From Mobula hypostoma (lineage: Eukaryota): 64,000 nucleotides of DNA. The position numbers and the translations under genes were made by a program. Below are positions 62,401-64,000 of the stretch, in pieces. The DNA is taken from contig NC_086108.1 in NCBI RefSeq assembly GCF_963921235.1, positions 4,278,001 through 4,342,000 of the forward strand. Reading direction: 5' to 3'. The notes below the pieces were generated by a model that did not search any database, was not told the DNA's origin, and saw only the letters and a list, made by a program, of their open reading frames with translations. Each line of letters begins with the position of its first letter. The first letter of the stretch is position 1.

Positions 62401-63230
62401 TGGTTAATTGTAAAAAAAAGCTCAATCTGTTCATTCATAAAATTAACAAAGTCCGAGTCCTGAAGCAACAGCGAATTAAAACGCCATTGTCTATTGTTTG
62501 GTATATTGGCCATAATTTTAATAGAAAGCTTAAGTGGAGCATGATCCGAAATGGTTATAGAATCATAATCACATTTAATCACTGAAGGAATGAGACGAGA
62601 ATCAATAAAAAAATAATCAATTCTTGAATAGGAATGATGAACATGTGAAAAAAAGGAAAAATCTTTTTCCTGAGGATGCAGAAAACGCCAAATGTCCGTC
62701 GACCCAGAATCAGAAAGGAAAAAATTAATCAAATTTGCAGATTTATTAGGTAAAGTCCGTAAAGGAGCCGAACGGTCCAAAGCTGGAGATAAACAGGTAT
62801 TAAGATCTCCGCCCCAAATCAATGAAAACTCGTTCAAATTCGGAAACTGATCAAACAATGATTTATAAAATTCCGGACAATCCATATTAGGAGCATAAAC
62901 ATTAACCAAAACTACTTTTTTATTAAATAGTAAACCACTAACCAATAAAAATCTACCATTCGGATCAGAAATAATATCCTGTTGTATAAAAGTAACTGAG
63001 GAATCTATAAAAATAGAGACGCCTCGAATCTTAGCATTGGAGTTCGAATGAAATTGTTGTTCCTTCCAGAATTTGAAAAAACGTAGTCTGTCCCCCCTCC
63101 GTACATGGGTCTCTTGTAAAAATAAAATTTGTGCTTTAAGTCTCCGGAACACTTTAAAAACTTTTTTTCTTTTAATAGGATGATTAAGACCATTAGTATT
63201 CCAGGAGACAAAATTAATAATAGACTCCAT
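59454..63230 (-). CDS. L1 ORF2 protein (APE endonuclease, reverse transcriptase, CCHC zinc knuckle), about 1258 aa
   Basis: ATG at 63230 (MESIINFVSWNTNGLN), FLQETH, GDLN, YSRIDYF, SDHAP, KAPGPDG, LDAEKAFD, GTRQGCPLSP, YADD, CDRC..HMFWSC; no stops. Confidence 0.95.
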   Translation of the reverse strand: MESIINFVSWNTNGLNHPIKRKKVFKVFRRLKAQILFLQETHVRRGDRLRFFKFWKEQQFHSNSNAKIRGVSIFIDSSVTFIQQDIISDPNGRFLLVSGLLFNKKVVLVNVYAPNMDCPEFYKSLFDQFPNLNEFSLIWGGDLNTCLSPALDRSAPLRTLPNKSANLINFFLSDSGSTDIWRFLHPQEKDFSFFSHVHHSYSRIDYFFIDSRLIPSVIKCDYDSITISDHAPLKLSIKIMANIPNNRQWRFNSLLLQDSDFVNFMNEQIELFFTINHTEDISVNTLWDTFKAYIRGQIISYSVALRKKQKQEEMAIVDKIKEIDKKYVMAPSEELYKQRTELQMEHSLLLSSSIVNQLKKTRSDFYVHSDKIGKLLANQLKSNYVKSQINQIYNQNDRLILDHVGINQTFCDFYSSLYQSESPRDSKYMNDFLDKLDFPQISQDMSSLLDTSITMDEIKNVIFSMNLGKAPGPDGFTVEFYKCFASLLIPWLYKVFEASLKLGKLPESFNRASISLILKKDKDPAQCASYRPISLLNVDSKVFSKLLANRLEKVLPSIISEDQTGFIKGRYSFYNIRTLLNIVYTPSQNVPECVISLDAEKAFDRVEWPYLFKVLEMFNFSLKFISWIKLLYHSPVASVRTNSLNSPFFPLFRGTRQGCPLSPLLFDIALEPLAIAIRESSNITGITRGLKSHKLSLYADDLLLYISNPERSIPAVLELLAQFGLFSGYKLNLSKSELFPINKHLPLYYKFPFKLINNYLSYLGIKITCKHKDLFKTNFLPLIDHITQLSSKWFPLYLTLIGRINAVKMFFLPKFLYVFQALPIFVPKSFFDKVDSKISSFIWQNKNPRLGKIHLQKAKRDGGLALPNFRFYYWAINIRHMKFWLLDRDILSIPKWVALELQSVQGYTLGSILGSSLPFDSKRLKQVSNPIVKYALRIWFQFRKFFDLNQFGLAIPILGNIFFPPSFTDRAFQTWKTKGILRFLDLFLDGSLMSFEQLSNKYNLSRIHFFRYLQVRNFLSTILSSFPMLPPIYILDSIINLNPCQKGASAMIYNIIMKLRKAPFDKIRVDWEQELGLTISVDDWGQILQLVNTSSICAKHSLIQFKVVHRAHMSKDKLARFYSHINPFCDRCSGQIASLTHMFWSCPTLETFWRDIFNIISKVLNIDISPHPITAIFGLPKISSNLSPSARRMIAFLTLMAKRCILQHWKELNAPTTFFWFSQTILCLNLEKIRSNLYDSSFKFEQIWGPFIRYFHLM

Positions 63231-63952
63231 AAATCCTAAAGTCAACCCACAACAAGGAGGATTGACAATAGGCGCGACCCACAAACCCGGAGAGGAAACA
63301 GAACATACAAAAGATACCGGGGAAAAGGATGCAACCAGTACTTCAATAATGTATATAGCCCAAAGAAAAACAAACTAAAACGTGAAGCCCCTCCCGCCAC
63401 CCCCCAGCCCAAGACCCCAAGGCAAAATCTAAAGCAGACCCGCCAGAAAGAAGCAAGCGCTAAAACTACCCCCATGACTTCCGGTATACGCTCCCTAAAA
63501 AAAAGGTATAAATATGAAAAGGATCAGCTAATTGTAAAACAGTAAAAAAATAAGTAAAAAAAAGTTAGCTCAATTAGAATACACACAGAACAGAACAAAA
63601 GCCGGAAAATATATATTAAAAAAAACCACAATAAACCTCAAACTCATGAATAGACACAGCAACAAAAAAAAATAGGATTATTAACATAAAGTGATTATAA
63701 AAAGCAAAACAGAATAAAATTTAAACAAAAACTACAAAATTTAAGGCCGCACAGGAAATACGTAAGATGACAAAAGGGAAGTAACCACCCAGAATCCCCT
63801 GGGAAAAGAAAGAAATGACGCAGTTAAAAAGAAAGTTTAGTAGCCATATTAAGAAATCGAAAGTAAACTTTTCTGCCCAAATAGGGCACAGAAAAGTTAA
63901 AACCAACCAATTCACAGCCTCCGATCAACGGAGAAAATTAAAAAGAAGGCAA

Positions 63953-64000
63953 TTAAGATGTTGGAGATGAAAGTTGATCCAGATAACTCTGGGCATCCGA
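63953..64000 (-). CDS. Probable C-terminus of L1 ORF1 (partial)
   Basis: Open frame SDAQSYLDQLSSPTS stop at the window edge, in the expected position; too short to confirm. Confidence 0.45.
   Translation of the reverse strand, partial: SDAQSYLDQLSSPTS

Larger units (their letters stand above)
59106..64000 (-). mobile_element. L1-clade LINE extending beyond the window
   Basis: A-rich tail 59106-59119, AATAAA 59127-59132, 3' UTR, intact ORF2, long spacer, probable ORF1 end. Confidence 0.93.

Overview
Vertebrate genomic DNA, most likely a cartilaginous fish such as a ray (inferred from HE1-like V-SINEs plus dense CR1, Rex1, RTE and Penelope-like repeats). The only host gene I can support is the 3' end of a Numb-family gene, best matching numbl: three + strand coding exons (2325-2615, 5579-5746, 11821-12527) with canonical splice sites in consistent phase 1, followed by a 3' UTR. 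Most of the rest is nested retroelements: many very young CR1 copies (two forming a kb-scale inverted repeat, one with an uninterrupted 898-aa EN-RT frame), an older near full-length CR1, and at the right edge an L1 with an intact ~1258-aa ORF2. The most notable signals are minimal hammerhead ribozymes in Penelope-like element termini, an AG|GTGAGA recursive-splice-like site on a skippable numbl exon, a DPF-to-DRF change in the Numbl C-terminus, and an unexplained non-repetitive stretch downstream of numbl (RFX X-box, exon-like island, strong poly(A) site). I cannot support a wholly new multi-gene system. Repeat boundaries were read by eye and are approximate; family names come from motif recall, not database searches.
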